Shown here in pieces: positions 19,944-29,579 of a stretch of DNA of 64,000 bases. Position 1 is the stretch's first letter. Every line of letters begins with the position of its first letter. Location of the stretch: NCBI GenBank assembly GCA_040399185.1, contig JBBASQ010000001.1, forward strand, positions 80,645 to 144,644. The letters run 5' to 3'. The notes beneath the pieces are model-generated. The model was not told where the DNA came from, did not search any database, and saw only the letters and a program-made list of their open reading frames with translations. Source of the stretch: Prochlorococcaceae cyanobacterium. Its GTDB lineage: Bacteria > Cyanobacteriota > Cyanobacteriia > PCC-6307 > Cyanobiaceae. Both the position numbers and the translations under genes were made by a program.

Positions 19944-20474
19944 ATGGCATCCGAGCCCGGAACCTCCCAGCCCAAGCGGTCCTGGAGCCTGGTGGATCTC
20001 GGAGCCGCGGCTGCCGTGCTGCTGGCCGCCGGTGGCGTGGTGTGGAGCCCGAAGCTCACTGGCGCCATCGCCAAGGCCACGGGCCGTGTGGTGCCCGTCA
20101 CCGTGATGGTGGATGTGCGCGGTGTGCCAGCTGCTGATCCTGCCGCCCTGGTGGCCGGGGTGCGGCAGGAGGGCAAGGTGGCGATCGTGATCCGCAACCA
20201 GCCCCACGGCTCGGTGGGCGTCAAGGATGTGGTGCCGTTGCAGCGGCGTCTGGTGGCGGTGCAGCCCAACGGCACGGTGGTGACGGCCTCCGACCCCAAC
20301 CAACAGGTTTTCAGCACGCTCGACGCCCGCTTTGTGCTGGCCGGCCAGGGCCGCCGGAGTGGCGGTGGCGTGGTGTTCGGCAACCAGAACCTCAAGATCG
20401 GTGCACCGGTGGAGCTGGAGGGCGAGAACTTCCGCGTCACCGGCACGGTGACCGGCCTCCAGGTGGGGGGCTGA
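19944..20474 (+). CDS. Membrane-anchored conserved protein (DUF4330-like, from memory)
   Basis: N-terminal anchor SLVDLGAAAAVLLAAGGVVW followed by a beta-rich domain. Confidence 0.6.
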   Translation: MASEPGTSQPKRSWSLVDLGAAAAVLLAAGGVVWSPKLTGAIAKATGRVVPVTVMVDVRGVPAADPAALVAGVRQEGKVAIVIRNQPHGSVGVKDVVPLQRRLVAVQPNGTVVTASDPNQQVFSTLDARFVLAGQGRRSGGGVVFGNQNLKIGAPVELEGENFRVTGTVTGLQVGG

Positions 20475-20478
20475 TCCG

Positions 20479-21774
20479 ATGCGGGCTGTGGTTTCCGGGC
20501 TGGCGCTGCTGGGCCTGATCGGTGGCCTGCCGCTGGCGGCTGTTGCCCAGAGCACCCCTGCCCTCACAGACCTGCAGCTCACGCCGGCGCCCCTGGCCTC
20601 GCTGCCCCCCTCCCCGCCGCCGGTGGGTCTGCCCCTGCTGCAGACCCAGGCCAGCTGCCCCGCGTTGCAGCAGCGGATTCAGGCCGTTCTGGGGGGGAGC
20701 GCCTCGGTGTGGAGCATCACCGTGGCCGATCCCCAGGGACGGCTGCTCGCCGATGTGAACGGCACCCGGCCCCGCGTGCCGGCATCGAACCAGAAGCTGG
20801 TGAGTACCGCCTTCGCCCTTGATCGGCTCGGCCCTGACTACCGCCTCAACACCCAGCTGTGGCGTCTCACCGATGGCAGCTTCCGGCTCACCGGTGAGGG
20901 CGATCCCGACCTGGCCCTGCCCCAGCTGCAGCGCTTCGCGCGCCTGGCCCTGGCCAGCAGCGGTAGCGATGGCCGGCCTTCCCTCGTGCGGCTCGAGCTG
21001 GCGGAAGAGCCGGCCCAGGCCTGGTGGCCTGCTGGCTGGCATCCCGACGACCGCTACTACGCCTATGGAGCCCCGATCACGCGGCTGGCCCTCACCAGCA
21101 ATGCGATCCAGTCGGCGGTGCCCAATCCGCCTTCTCGGCTCCGCACCCTGCTGAACAGGGCCCTGGTGCAGCAGGGGGGGCAGGCCCGGCTCACCCTGGT
21201 GTCGGCCCGCAATCCGTTGCCGGGGGATGCGGTGCTGGTGCACCAGGAGCCCTCGGCGCCGATGCACAACCTGCTCAGCCTGGCCAACACCGAGAGCCAC
21301 AACTTCACGGCCGAGGTGCTGCTCCGCCAGGGCGCCGGCAGCTGGGATCTGGCCCAGGCCCGGCTGGAGGCCTACCGCTGGCTGAGCGAGCAGGGGCTGC
21401 CCATGGCTGGCGTCACCGTGGCCGACGGCAGCGGCCTCGACCGGGCCAACCGCCTCACTAGCCGATTCCTGGCGGCCCTGCTGCTGCGCATGAACCAGCA
21501 TCCCTACGCCAATCAATACCTGGCGTCGATGGCGGTGGCCGGCCGCCGGGGCACCCTGCGCAATCTCTACATCGGCACCCCGATGGAGGGGCGCCTCTAC
21601 GCCAAGACCGGCACCCTCACCGGCGTGCGCTCCATCAGTGGGGTCTTGCAAACAGCTGACGGGCCCCGCTATGTGAGTGCCATCAGCAACGGTGCAGGCT
21701 CGCCGAACGACACGATCGGGGCCGTGCTGCGCCAGGTGCTCAACACCCAGCTCTGCCCCAGCGGCCCCGCATAA
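20479..21774 (+). CDS. dacB: D-alanyl-D-alanine carboxypeptidase/endopeptidase (PBP4, peptidase S13)
   Basis: Signal peptide, SxxK motif (PASNQK) and a PBP4-like C-terminal KTGTL motif. Confidence 0.8.
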   Translation: MRAVVSGLALLGLIGGLPLAAVAQSTPALTDLQLTPAPLASLPPSPPPVGLPLLQTQASCPALQQRIQAVLGGSASVWSITVADPQGRLLADVNGTRPRVPASNQKLVSTAFALDRLGPDYRLNTQLWRLTDGSFRLTGEGDPDLALPQLQRFARLALASSGSDGRPSLVRLELAEEPAQAWWPAGWHPDDRYYAYGAPITRLALTSNAIQSAVPNPPSRLRTLLNRALVQQGGQARLTLVSARNPLPGDAVLVHQEPSAPMHNLLSLANTESHNFTAEVLLRQGAGSWDLAQARLEAYRWLSEQGLPMAGVTVADGSGLDRANRLTSRFLAALLLRMNQHPYANQYLASMAVAGRRGTLRNLYIGTPMEGRLYAKTGTLTGVRSISGVLQTADGPRYVSAISNGAGSPNDTIGAVLRQVLNTQLCPSGPA

Positions 21775-21781
21775 GTCGCCC

Positions 21782-22696
21782 TCAGCTGAGCCGTTCGGCC
21801 ACCTCCCGCAGGCGGTTCGCCACCCGGCGGCTGCGGCTGGAGGACTTGGGGGTGTCCCGTTCGGGCGTGGTGGCCTGGCGCTGCCGGTCGGCGGCGGTGA
21901 TCTGGGCCGCCATCAGCCGCCCGAGCTCCTGGCGGCCGCCGAGCACCACCTGGCTGAGCTCCTGCAGCCGGCCTTCCAGCTCGCCCAGCACCTGCTCGGC
22001 GTAGTGGTTGGCCCCGTCCTGAATTGTGGCGGCCTCCTGGCGGCTGCGGGCCACCAGGGCATCGCACTGCTGCTGGGTCTGCTGGCGGAACTGGAGGGCG
22101 TCGTTCTGCAACCGCTCGGCTTCGGCCTGGCTGTCGCGCTGCACCCGCAGGCCCTCCTGGCGGATCTGCTCCAGCTCGGCCATGGCCTGCTGACGGTTGC
22201 GCTCGTGCTGGTCCAGCAACTGGCGATTGCGCTCGGCGGCCTCCTGCTCGAGCTGTTGGCGGCGGGCCGCAAACTGCTGCTCCATCTGGGCCAGCCGGGC
22301 CTGTTGTTCCTGCTCGGCCTGGGCCGCCTGCTGGCGGGCCTGCAGCAGCACCTGTTCACACTGCTGGCGGGTCTGCTCGCGCATCTCCGCCACCTGCCGC
22401 TCCGCCTCCTGGCGGATCGAGGCGGTGTTGATCAGCTGCTCGCGCTGCTGGCGCCCCTGGGTCACGATCTCATCGGCCTGGGCGCGGGCCTGGGCGATGA
22501 ACTCATCGCGCTGGCGAATCAGCTCCACCGCTTGGGAGAGCTGGGGTGGCAGGGCCTCCCGGAGGGCATCCATCACCTCCACGGCGTCCTGTTCGTTAAC
22601 CAGCCGCCCGCCGCTGAAGGGAATGCGACTGCCCTCCAGCACGATTTCCTCGAGCTGGTCGAGCTGCTCAAGCACGGTGATGGTGGGTTCAGCCAT
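21782..22696 (-). CDS. Gln/Glu/Arg-rich coiled-coil protein (ATP-synthase-B/DivIVA-like repeats), function unknown
   Basis: ATG at 22696 ([17 protein letters not shown]..), 304 aa. It overlaps the coaD stop by 8 nt, so it is probably co-transcribed. Confidence 0.65.
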   Translation of the reverse strand: MAEPTITVLEQLDQLEEIVLEGSRIPFSGGRLVNEQDAVEVMDALREALPPQLSQAVELIRQRDEFIAQARAQADEIVTQGRQQREQLINTASIRQEAERQVAEMREQTRQQCEQVLLQARQQAAQAEQEQQARLAQMEQQFAARRQQLEQEAAERNRQLLDQHERNRQQAMAELEQIRQEGLRVQRDSQAEAERLQNDALQFRQQTQQQCDALVARSRQEAATIQDGANHYAEQVLGELEGRLQELSQVVLGGRQELGRLMAAQITAADRQRQATTPERDTPKSSSRSRRVANRLREVAERLS

Positions 22697-23201
22697 GGGC
22701 GATGCCGGTGCTGCTCGCGGAAGCGTCTCGATTAAAGAGCCTGGCCAGGTCGCTCGCCACACCTGGCGGCACCATGTGGCGCACATCCCCACCGAAGCGG
22801 GCCACCTCCTTCACCACCGAGCTGCTGAGGAAGCTGTGGTGCACCGCGGTGGCCAGGAACAGGGTTTCCACCTGGGGGGCCAGGCTCTTGTTGGTGTGGG
22901 CGATCTGAAGCTCGAACTCAAAATCGCTCAGGGCCCGCAGCCCCCGAAGGATCACCCCGGCGCCGCTGGTGCGCGCGTAATCCACGGTGAGCCCATCGAA
23001 ACTGCCCACCGTGATGCCCTCGAGGTGGGCCGTGGCCTGGCGGATCTGCTCCAGCCGCTGCTCGAGGGGGAAGGCGGCGGTCTTGTTGGGGTTCTGCAGC
23101 ACCGCCACCACCACGCCATCGAACAGCCGGGCACTGCGCTCGATCAGGTCGAGGTGGCCCAGGGTGAGGGGATCGAAGGAGCCGGGATAGAGGGCGCGCA
23201 T
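22689..23201 (-). CDS. coaD: Phosphopantetheine adenylyltransferase
   Basis: [20 protein letters not shown] (nucleotidyltransferase H/TxGH motif), 170 aa. Confidence 0.9.
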   Translation of the reverse strand: MRALYPGSFDPLTLGHLDLIERSARLFDGVVVAVLQNPNKTAAFPLEQRLEQIRQATAHLEGITVGSFDGLTVDYARTSGAGVILRGLRALSDFEFELQIAHTNKSLAPQVETLFLATAVHHSFLSSSVVKEVARFGGDVRHMVPPGVASDLARLFNRDASASSTGIAHG

Positions 23202-23258
23202 GGGGCTCAGCCTATGGAGCGGGCCTTCCTAGAGTTGGTTTTTGCGCTTTTCCCGCCC

Positions 23259-23741
23259 ATGGCCCTGGATCTCGACGCCAAGAAAACCCTGCTGCGCAAG
23301 ATCCCCCACGGGCTGTTCATCTGTGGCGTCGCCGAAGGCGAGGTGGTGAATGGGTTCACCGCCAGCTGGGTGACCCAGGGTTCGTTTGAGCCACCCCTGG
23401 TGGTGATGGCCGTGCGCTCTGACAGCACCAGCAACGGCATGATCCAGCGCACCGGCAAGTTCTCACTGAACGTGCTCTCGGCCGACCAGAAGGACCTGGC
23501 AGCGGTGTTCTTCAAGCCCCAGGAAGGGGTGGGTGGCCGCTTCGAAGCTGCACCCTTCAAGCTCGGAGAGCTGGGCCTGCCGATCCTGGATGACGGCCTC
23601 GGCGGGGTGGAGTGCACCGTGGTGGGCCATGTGGCGGCCGGCGACCACACCGTGTTCGTGGGTGAGGTGAAGAGCGCGGTGCTGCATCGCGATGGCGCAG
23701 CCCTGGAGCTGGGCAGCACCGGCTGGAACTACGGCGGCTGA
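23259..23741 (+). CDS. Flavin reductase-like (FMN-binding split-barrel) protein
   Basis: 160 aa, ..[35 protein letters not shown].. typical of the flavin reductase domain. ATG at 23259 lies inside a long spurious track ORF. Confidence 0.75.
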   Translation: MALDLDAKKTLLRKIPHGLFICGVAEGEVVNGFTASWVTQGSFEPPLVVMAVRSDSTSNGMIQRTGKFSLNVLSADQKDLAAVFFKPQEGVGGRFEAAPFKLGELGLPILDDGLGGVECTVVGHVAAGDHTVFVGEVKSAVLHRDGAALELGSTGWNYGG

Positions 23742-25800
23742 GGCTGGTGAACGCTTGAGCAGTTCCCCGGGGGCGGCCCAGCCGCTGATCCAGCAACCGG
23801 CCCGGCTGAAGGCCCGCCTCAAGGAGGTGCCTTCGGAGCCGGGCTGTTATCTCATGCGCGATGGGGAGGACCGCATCCTCTACATCGGCAAGGCCAAGGT
23901 GCTGCGCAACCGCGTGCGCAGCTATTTCCAGAGCGGCAGCGGCCACGGCCATTCGCCCCGCATCGCCCTGATGGTGCGGCAGGTGTGCGAGATCGAGTTC
24001 ATCGTCACCGACAGCGAAGCCGAGGCCCTGGCCCTGGAGGCCAACCTGATCAAGAACCACCAGCCGCACTTCAACGTGCTGCTGAAGGACGACAAGAAAT
24101 ATCCCTATCTCTGCATCACCTGGAGCGAGGCCTACCCGCGCATCTTCATCACGCGGCGGCGGCGCTTTCGCTCGCCCCTGGATCGCTTCTACGGCCCCTA
24201 CGTGGACGTGGGTCTGCTGCGGCGCACCCTCGGCCTGGTGAAGCGCGTGTTTCCGCTGCGCCAGCGCCCCCAGCCCCTCTACAAAGGTCGCACCTGCCTC
24301 AACTACGACATCGGCCGCTGCCCAGGGGTGTGCCAGGAAAAGATCTCCTCCGACGACTACCACCGCACCCTGCGCCAGGTGGCGATGGTGTTCCAGGGAC
24401 GCAATGAGGAGCTGGTGGAGCTGCTCACCGAGCAGATGGAGAAGTACGCCGAGCGGCTCGATTTCGAGAGCGCAGCCCGGGTGCGCGACCAACTCCAGGG
24501 CATCGGCACCCTCACCGCCGACCAGAAGATGAGCCTCGGCGATAGCTCCGTGAGCCGCGATGTGATCGCCCTGGCGGCCGACGAGCGGGTGGCGGCGGTG
24601 CAACTGTTCCAGATGCGGGCCGGCAAGTTGGTGGGCCGGCTCGGCTACACGGCCGATGCGGTGGGCACGCCGGCGGCCGAGGAGGGTGCCGGTGGTGAGC
24701 TGCCGCCCTCACCGGAGCGCCGTGAGGCCCTGGGCCGGATCCTGCAGACGGTGATTGAGGAGCACTACAGCCAGGTGGAGTCCGTGGAGATTCCTCCGGA
24801 GCTGCTGGTGCAGCACCCCCTGCCCCAGCAGGCCCTGATCGAGGAATGGCTCAGCGAGCTGCGGGGGCGCAAGGTGAAGATCGCCGTGCCCCAGCGCCAG
24901 CAGAAGGCCGATCTGATCGAGCTGGTGGAGCGCAACGCCAGCTACGAGCTGCAGCGGGCCCAGCGGGCCAGCGAGCAGAACCTGCTGGCCACCGAAGACC
25001 TGGCCCAGCTGCTGGATCTGCCGGCCCCGCCCCGCCGGATCGAGGGCTTCGACATCAGCCACATCCAGGGCAGCGACGCGGTGGCCTCCCAGGTGGTGTT
25101 CATCGACGGGCTGCCGGCCAAGCAGCACTACCGCAAGTACAAGATCCAGAGCAGCTCGATCCGCGCCGGCCACTCCGACGACTTCATGGCCATGGCCGAG
25201 ATCATGCGGCGGCGATTCCGGCGCTGGGCCCAGGCCAAGGCCGCCGGCGCCGACCTGCGGGAGCTGCGCCGCAACGCCGGCTCGGCGCTCCACACCGAGG
25301 GCCTGAACGACTGGCCCGATGTGGTGATGATCGATGGCGGCAAGGGCCAGCTCTCAGCGGTGATGGAGGCCCTGCGCGAGCTCAACCTCGATGAGGAACT
25401 GGTGGTGTGCTCCCTGGCCAAGCAGCGTGAGGAGGTGTTCGTGCCCGGGGCCAAGGAGCCGCTGGAGAGCGAACCCGAACAGCTGGGGGTGCAGTTGCTG
25501 CGCCGCCTGCGCGATGAGGCCCACCGCTTTGCCGTGAGCTTCCACCGCCAGCAGCGGGGCGAGCGGATGAAGCGCTCCCGCCTCTCCGATATCCCGGGGC
25601 TGGGGCCCAAGCGGATCAAGGAGCTGCTGGCCCACTTCCGCTCCATCGACGCGATTCAGCTGGCCAGCCCCGACACCCTGGCCCAGGCACCGGGCATGGG
25701 CCCCGGCATGGCCAAGGTGGTGTGGGAGTACTTCCACCCCGAGGCCACGGCCGAGCCCGCCGGGGCAGACAATGAACGTTCTCTGGAGCTGGCCGGTTGA
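23692..25800 (+). CDS. uvrC: Excinuclease ABC subunit C
   Basis: GIY-YIG N-terminus ([29 protein letters not shown]), UVR domain, C-terminal (HhH)2. The ATG at 23692 overlaps the upstream gene by 50 nt; TTG 23755 is a non-overlapping alternative. Confidence 0.95.
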   Translation: MAQPWSWAAPAGTTAAEAGERLSSSPGAAQPLIQQPARLKARLKEVPSEPGCYLMRDGEDRILYIGKAKVLRNRVRSYFQSGSGHGHSPRIALMVRQVCEIEFIVTDSEAEALALEANLIKNHQPHFNVLLKDDKKYPYLCITWSEAYPRIFITRRRRFRSPLDRFYGPYVDVGLLRRTLGLVKRVFPLRQRPQPLYKGRTCLNYDIGRCPGVCQEKISSDDYHRTLRQVAMVFQGRNEELVELLTEQMEKYAERLDFESAARVRDQLQGIGTLTADQKMSLGDSSVSRDVIALAADERVAAVQLFQMRAGKLVGRLGYTADAVGTPAAEEGAGGELPPSPERREALGRILQTVIEEHYSQVESVEIPPELLVQHPLPQQALIEEWLSELRGRKVKIAVPQRQQKADLIELVERNASYELQRAQRASEQNLLATEDLAQLLDLPAPPRRIEGFDISHIQGSDAVASQVVFIDGLPAKQHYRKYKIQSSSIRAGHSDDFMAMAEIMRRRFRRWAQAKAAGADLRELRRNAGSALHTEGLNDWPDVVMIDGGKGQLSAVMEALRELNLDEELVVCSLAKQREEVFVPGAKEPLESEPEQLGVQLLRRLRDEAHRFAVSFHRQQRGERMKRSRLSDIPGLGPKRIKELLAHFRSIDAIQLASPDTLAQAPGMGPGMAKVVWEYFHPEATAEPAGADNERSLELAG

Positions 25801-26090
25801 CCCGGATCCTCGCGGCCCTGCTTCTGGTGTTGGTGCTGGCCGTGGCGCCGATGGCCCAGGCGGCCCCCGGGCTGTGTGTGGGGCCGGTGTGTGGCGATGA
25901 GATCAGCCGCAGTGCCAAGCACCACTGGCAACTGCGGCTGCGGGTGAGTGACCAGATGGGGCACCACGAGCGGGTGGTGGTGGATTGCCGCGACGGCGTG
26001 ATCAGTCCGCGGGCGGGCCAGGTGGAACGGGGCTATGCGGCTGCGGTGGCGCGGCGGGCCTGCCGCCTCGCTGGGCAGACACCGGGCTGA
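25797..26090 (+). CDS. Small secreted protein with four Cys, unknown function
   Basis: 97 aa with a classic signal peptide ([21 protein letters not shown]) and high GC3. The TTG start overlaps the uvrC stop (TTGA), and its stop overlaps the next ATG (ATGA). Confidence 0.65.
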   Translation: MTRILAALLLVLVLAVAPMAQAAPGLCVGPVCGDEISRSAKHHWQLRLRVSDQMGHHERVVVDCRDGVISPRAGQVERGYAAAVARRACRLAGQTPG

Positions 26091-27661
26091 TGGGGCTTGG
26101 AATCTGGGTATTGGGCGACCAGCTCCACCAGGCCCAGAGTGCCCTGGCGGCCCACCAGCCCGGCACAGCCAGGGTGGTGCTGATTGAGAGCAGTTCGGTG
26201 CTCGGGTGGCGGGCCTACCACCGCCAGAAGCTGGTGCTGGTGTGGAGCGCGATGCGCCACTTCGCCGCGGAGTTGCGGGCGGCCGGCTGGACCGTGGACT
26301 ATCTGGAGGCCGAGGGCTTCACGTCGGCCCTGGCCCAGTGGGTGGCGTCCCACGGCATTGGTGAGCTGCACCTGATGGAGCCGGCGGAGCGGCCCTTCCG
26401 CCAACGCATCGAGGCGGCGGTGTCGGGGATGGCTCCAGGGGCTCCCCAGCTGGTGTGGCACGCCTCCAATGCCTTCCTCTGGAGCCCGGAGGCCTTCGCC
26501 GCCTGGGCTCGCCCCTATAAGCAGCTCCGCATGGAGCTGTTCTACCGGGAAGGGCGGCGGCGCTTCGACGTGCTGATGGAGGGCAGCGGCAAGGAGGCCG
26601 AGCCCCTCGGCGGCCAGTGGAACTACGACCACGACAACCGCAAGGCCCCGCCCAAGGGTCTGCAGGGCCCGCAGCCGCTGCGCTTCGAGCCCGATGCCAT
26701 CACCGAGGCGGTGATCGCCAAGGTGGAAGCCCTCAGCGCCACGCGGGAGGCCGCAGGTCAGCCGCCCCTGCCCGGATCCAGCCGCCCCTTCCTCTGGGGC
26801 GTCACCCGCGGGCAGGCCTTGGCGGTGCTGGAGCACTTCATTGCCACCCGGCTGGATGGCTTCGGCCCCTACCAAGACGCCATGGTGAACGGCCAGCCCA
26901 CCCTCTGGCATGCCCTGCTCTCGCCTTACCTGAACCTGGGCCTGCTCCAGCCGCTGGAGGTGATCCGCCGCCTGGAGCAGGCAGGGCTGGAGCGGGACAC
27001 CCCGCTCAACTGTCTGGAGGGCGTGATCCGCCAGATCCTGGGCTGGCGTGAGTACACCCGCGCCCTCTATTGCTGGTTCGGCGCCGACTACGCCAACCGC
27101 AACCACTTCGAGCACACCCAGCCCCTGCCACCGTTCTTCGATGCCCTCGGCGGCAGTGGCATGCGCTGCATGGACACGGTGCTGGGGGAACTGGCCGAGA
27201 GCGGCTATGCCCACCACATCCAACGGCTGATGGTGCTGGCCAACTACGGCCTGATCGCCGGCCTTCATCCCCAGGCCCTCACCGCCTGGTTCCACCGGAT
27301 GTTCATCGACGGCTACGACTGGGTGATGCAGACCAACGTGCTCGGCATGGGGGTGTTCGCTGACGGGGGCCTGCTGGCCAGCAAGCCCTACGCCGCCAGC
27401 GGCAACTACATCAAGCGGATGAGCACCTACTGCAAGGGCTGCCGCTACGACGTGAAGCAGCGCAGCGGCGAGAAGGCCTGCCCCTTCAACGCCCTCTACT
27501 GGGACTTCCTGGCCCGCCACGCCGAGGGCCTGCGCCGCAATCCCCGCATGGGGCTGGTGATGAAGCAGCTGGAGAAGATCCCGGCCGAGGAGCTCGCCCT
27601 GATCCGCGCCACGGCGGCCGAGCATCTGGCCCTGCCCACTCCCGCCAACCCAGCGGCTTAG
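26090..27661 (+). CDS. Cryptochrome/photolyase-family protein of the FeS-BCP / PhrB-like (6-4) photolyase type
   Basis: N-terminus [12 protein letters not shown].., COG3046-like body, and a C-terminal Cys pattern YCKGCRYDVKQRSGEKACPF (CxxC-x12-C) plus an upstream Cys, as in [4Fe-4S] photolyases. Confidence 0.8.
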   Translation: MGLGIWVLGDQLHQAQSALAAHQPGTARVVLIESSSVLGWRAYHRQKLVLVWSAMRHFAAELRAAGWTVDYLEAEGFTSALAQWVASHGIGELHLMEPAERPFRQRIEAAVSGMAPGAPQLVWHASNAFLWSPEAFAAWARPYKQLRMELFYREGRRRFDVLMEGSGKEAEPLGGQWNYDHDNRKAPPKGLQGPQPLRFEPDAITEAVIAKVEALSATREAAGQPPLPGSSRPFLWGVTRGQALAVLEHFIATRLDGFGPYQDAMVNGQPTLWHALLSPYLNLGLLQPLEVIRRLEQAGLERDTPLNCLEGVIRQILGWREYTRALYCWFGADYANRNHFEHTQPLPPFFDALGGSGMRCMDTVLGELAESGYAHHIQRLMVLANYGLIAGLHPQALTAWFHRMFIDGYDWVMQTNVLGMGVFADGGLLASKPYAASGNYIKRMSTYCKGCRYDVKQRSGEKACPFNALYWDFLARHAEGLRRNPRMGLVMKQLEKIPAEELALIRATAAEHLALPTPANPAA

Positions 27662-27688
27662 CTTGAGCCGCGCCCATCGCCGGCGCGC

Positions 27689-28318
27689 ATGTTCGCCTCG
27701 CTCTCCAGCCCCCTGCCAGCCCTGATGGCCTTCAGCTGGCCGCCCGAGGCCTACCTCTGGTTCAAGACCCTCCACATCGTGGGGGTGGTGGTGTGGTTTG
27801 CCGGCCTCTTTTATCTGGTGCGGTTGTTCATCTATCACCGGGAAGCCGAGGAGCTCGAGCCGGCGCTCAAAACGGCCTTCCAGGACCAGTACGCCCTGAT
27901 GGAGCGGCGTTTGGCGAACATCATCACCACCCCCGGCATGGCGGTGGCCGTGGTGTGCGCCGCCGGGCTGTTGAGCGTGAACCCCGCCTGGCTGAAGCAG
28001 GGCTGGATGCACGCCAAACTCGCCTTTGTGGCGGCCCTGCTGGCTTACCACTGGTTCTGCTACCGGCTGATGGGCCAGCTCCGGAGCGGCACCTGCAGCT
28101 GGAGTCCGAAGCAGCTGCGGGCCCTCAACGAGCTGCCCACCCTGCTGCTGGTGATTGTGGTGATGCTGGTGGTGTTCAAGAACCAGTTCCCCACCGGCGC
28201 TGCCACCTGGTTCATCGTGGCCCTGGTGGTGTTCATGGCCGCCTCGATTCAGTTTTATGCGCGCTGGCGGCGGCTGCGGGCCGAGCGGCTGGCGGCTGAA
28301 GCGGCGGCGGCTGGATGA
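27689..28318 (+). CDS. hemJ: Protoporphyrinogen IX oxidase, HemJ type
   Basis: 209 aa, multi-TM, ..WFKTLHIVGVVVWFAGLFYLVRLFIYH.. and ..HAKLAFVAALLAYHWF.. typical of the HemJ/UPF0093 family. Confidence 0.8.
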   Translation: MFASLSSPLPALMAFSWPPEAYLWFKTLHIVGVVVWFAGLFYLVRLFIYHREAEELEPALKTAFQDQYALMERRLANIITTPGMAVAVVCAAGLLSVNPAWLKQGWMHAKLAFVAALLAYHWFCYRLMGQLRSGTCSWSPKQLRALNELPTLLLVIVVMLVVFKNQFPTGAATWFIVALVVFMAASIQFYARWRRLRAERLAAEAAAAG

Positions 28319-28995
28319 GCAGCGGCACCACGGCCTGGAAACGCCACGCCGCCCATCCCCTGGCGGCGGTGCTGAAGCAGGTGGAGCCCGGCAGCTGCCC
28401 CACCCGCTTCAACTTCCACTGCCACACCCACTGCTCCGATGGCTCCCTGGCGCCGCTGGAGCTGGCGAATCAGGCCCTGCACTTGGGCCTGGAGCATCTG
28501 GCGGTGACCGATCACCACAGCGTGAGGGCCTACCGGCCGATCGCCGAGCACTTCGAGCAGCTTGCGGAGCAGGGTCGCGCGGCGCCCACCCTCTGGCGCG
28601 GCGTGGAGATCAGCTGTCTGCTCGAGGGCTGCCTGGTGCATGTGCTGGCCCTGGGCTTCGGGCCGGAGCACGACAGCCTCGATCCCTATCTCCAGGGCAG
28701 CTCCGTCGTGGGACCGGCCCTGAGGGCCGAGGCGGTGCTGGGGGCGATCCACGCCGCAGGCGGCCTGGCGGTGCTGGCCCATCCCGCCCGCTACCGCCTG
28801 CCCTTCCAGCGTCTGATCGCCGCCGCCGCGGCGATGGACTTCGACGGCGCTGAAGCCTGGTACGACTACCAGATGCAGGAGCGCTGGGCGCCCACCCCGC
28901 TGGTGTGCGAGTCGATTGCGGCGGATCTGCAAGCCCGTGGACTCTTGTTGAGCTGCGGCACCGATACCCATGGTTTGTCCCTGCACGGCCGCTAG
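28315..28995 (+). CDS. PHP-domain metal-dependent phosphoesterase
   Basis: FNFHCHTHCSDG and AVTDHH motifs. The ATG overlaps the hemJ stop (ATGA). Confidence 0.75.
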   Translation: MSSGTTAWKRHAAHPLAAVLKQVEPGSCPTRFNFHCHTHCSDGSLAPLELANQALHLGLEHLAVTDHHSVRAYRPIAEHFEQLAEQGRAAPTLWRGVEISCLLEGCLVHVLALGFGPEHDSLDPYLQGSSVVGPALRAEAVLGAIHAAGGLAVLAHPARYRLPFQRLIAAAAAMDFDGAEAWYDYQMQERWAPTPLVCESIAADLQARGLLLSCGTDTHGLSLHGR

Positions 28996-29025
28996 GGTTT
29001 GCCAACGCTTTCCCCTTGCCTGTCG

Positions 29026-29556
29026 ATGGGTCTGTTCGATCGCCTGTTCAATTCCGGTGGTGGCCAATCCAGCCCCCAGGACAAGCCGAAAGCCAAGAAA
29101 GAAGCCGAAACCTTCTTCCTCGAGCCAGACGCGGCCAGCACCCTGGGTGACGTGAATTTCATGCGTCGCTCCAACACCATCCGCCACACCTTCCCGGGCA
29201 CCGCGAGCAGCCCCGGCAACAAGGAGATGGTGGAAGAGGTGGCTTCCATGGAGGCCGAACTCAAGACAGTCAGCCCTGGTCTGGGTGGCGTGGAAGCCAA
29301 GGAAGCCGAGGTGAATCTCACCGGCGGCGTGCCCAAGCCGGTGAAGAAAACCTTCGCCAAGCCGATGTCCGCGGCGGAGCTGGAGCAGCGCAAGAAGGGT
29401 TCCGCCGTGGCCGTGAACGCCCCGGGGGCCGCCGCCCCCTCCCCGCGCAAGGAGGCTGATGCGGCCACCGCCCAGCCCCAGATCAGCCAGCTGAACACCG
29501 CCAAGCCCGGTTCGATCGATCCGTTCAAGCAGATGGTGAAAGACCTCAACTCCTGA
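29026..29556 (+). CDS. Lys/Ala/Pro-rich, probably disordered conserved hypothetical protein
   Basis: ATG at 29026 (MGLFDRLFNSGGG..), 176 aa. Noticeably lower GC than its neighbours. No motif recognised. Confidence 0.55.
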   Translation: MGLFDRLFNSGGGQSSPQDKPKAKKEAETFFLEPDAASTLGDVNFMRRSNTIRHTFPGTASSPGNKEMVEEVASMEAELKTVSPGLGGVEAKEAEVNLTGGVPKPVKKTFAKPMSAAELEQRKKGSAVAVNAPGAAAPSPRKEADAATAQPQISQLNTAKPGSIDPFKQMVKDLNS

Positions 29557-29579
29557 GGTCTCTCGTCTGCGTTCCAGCC

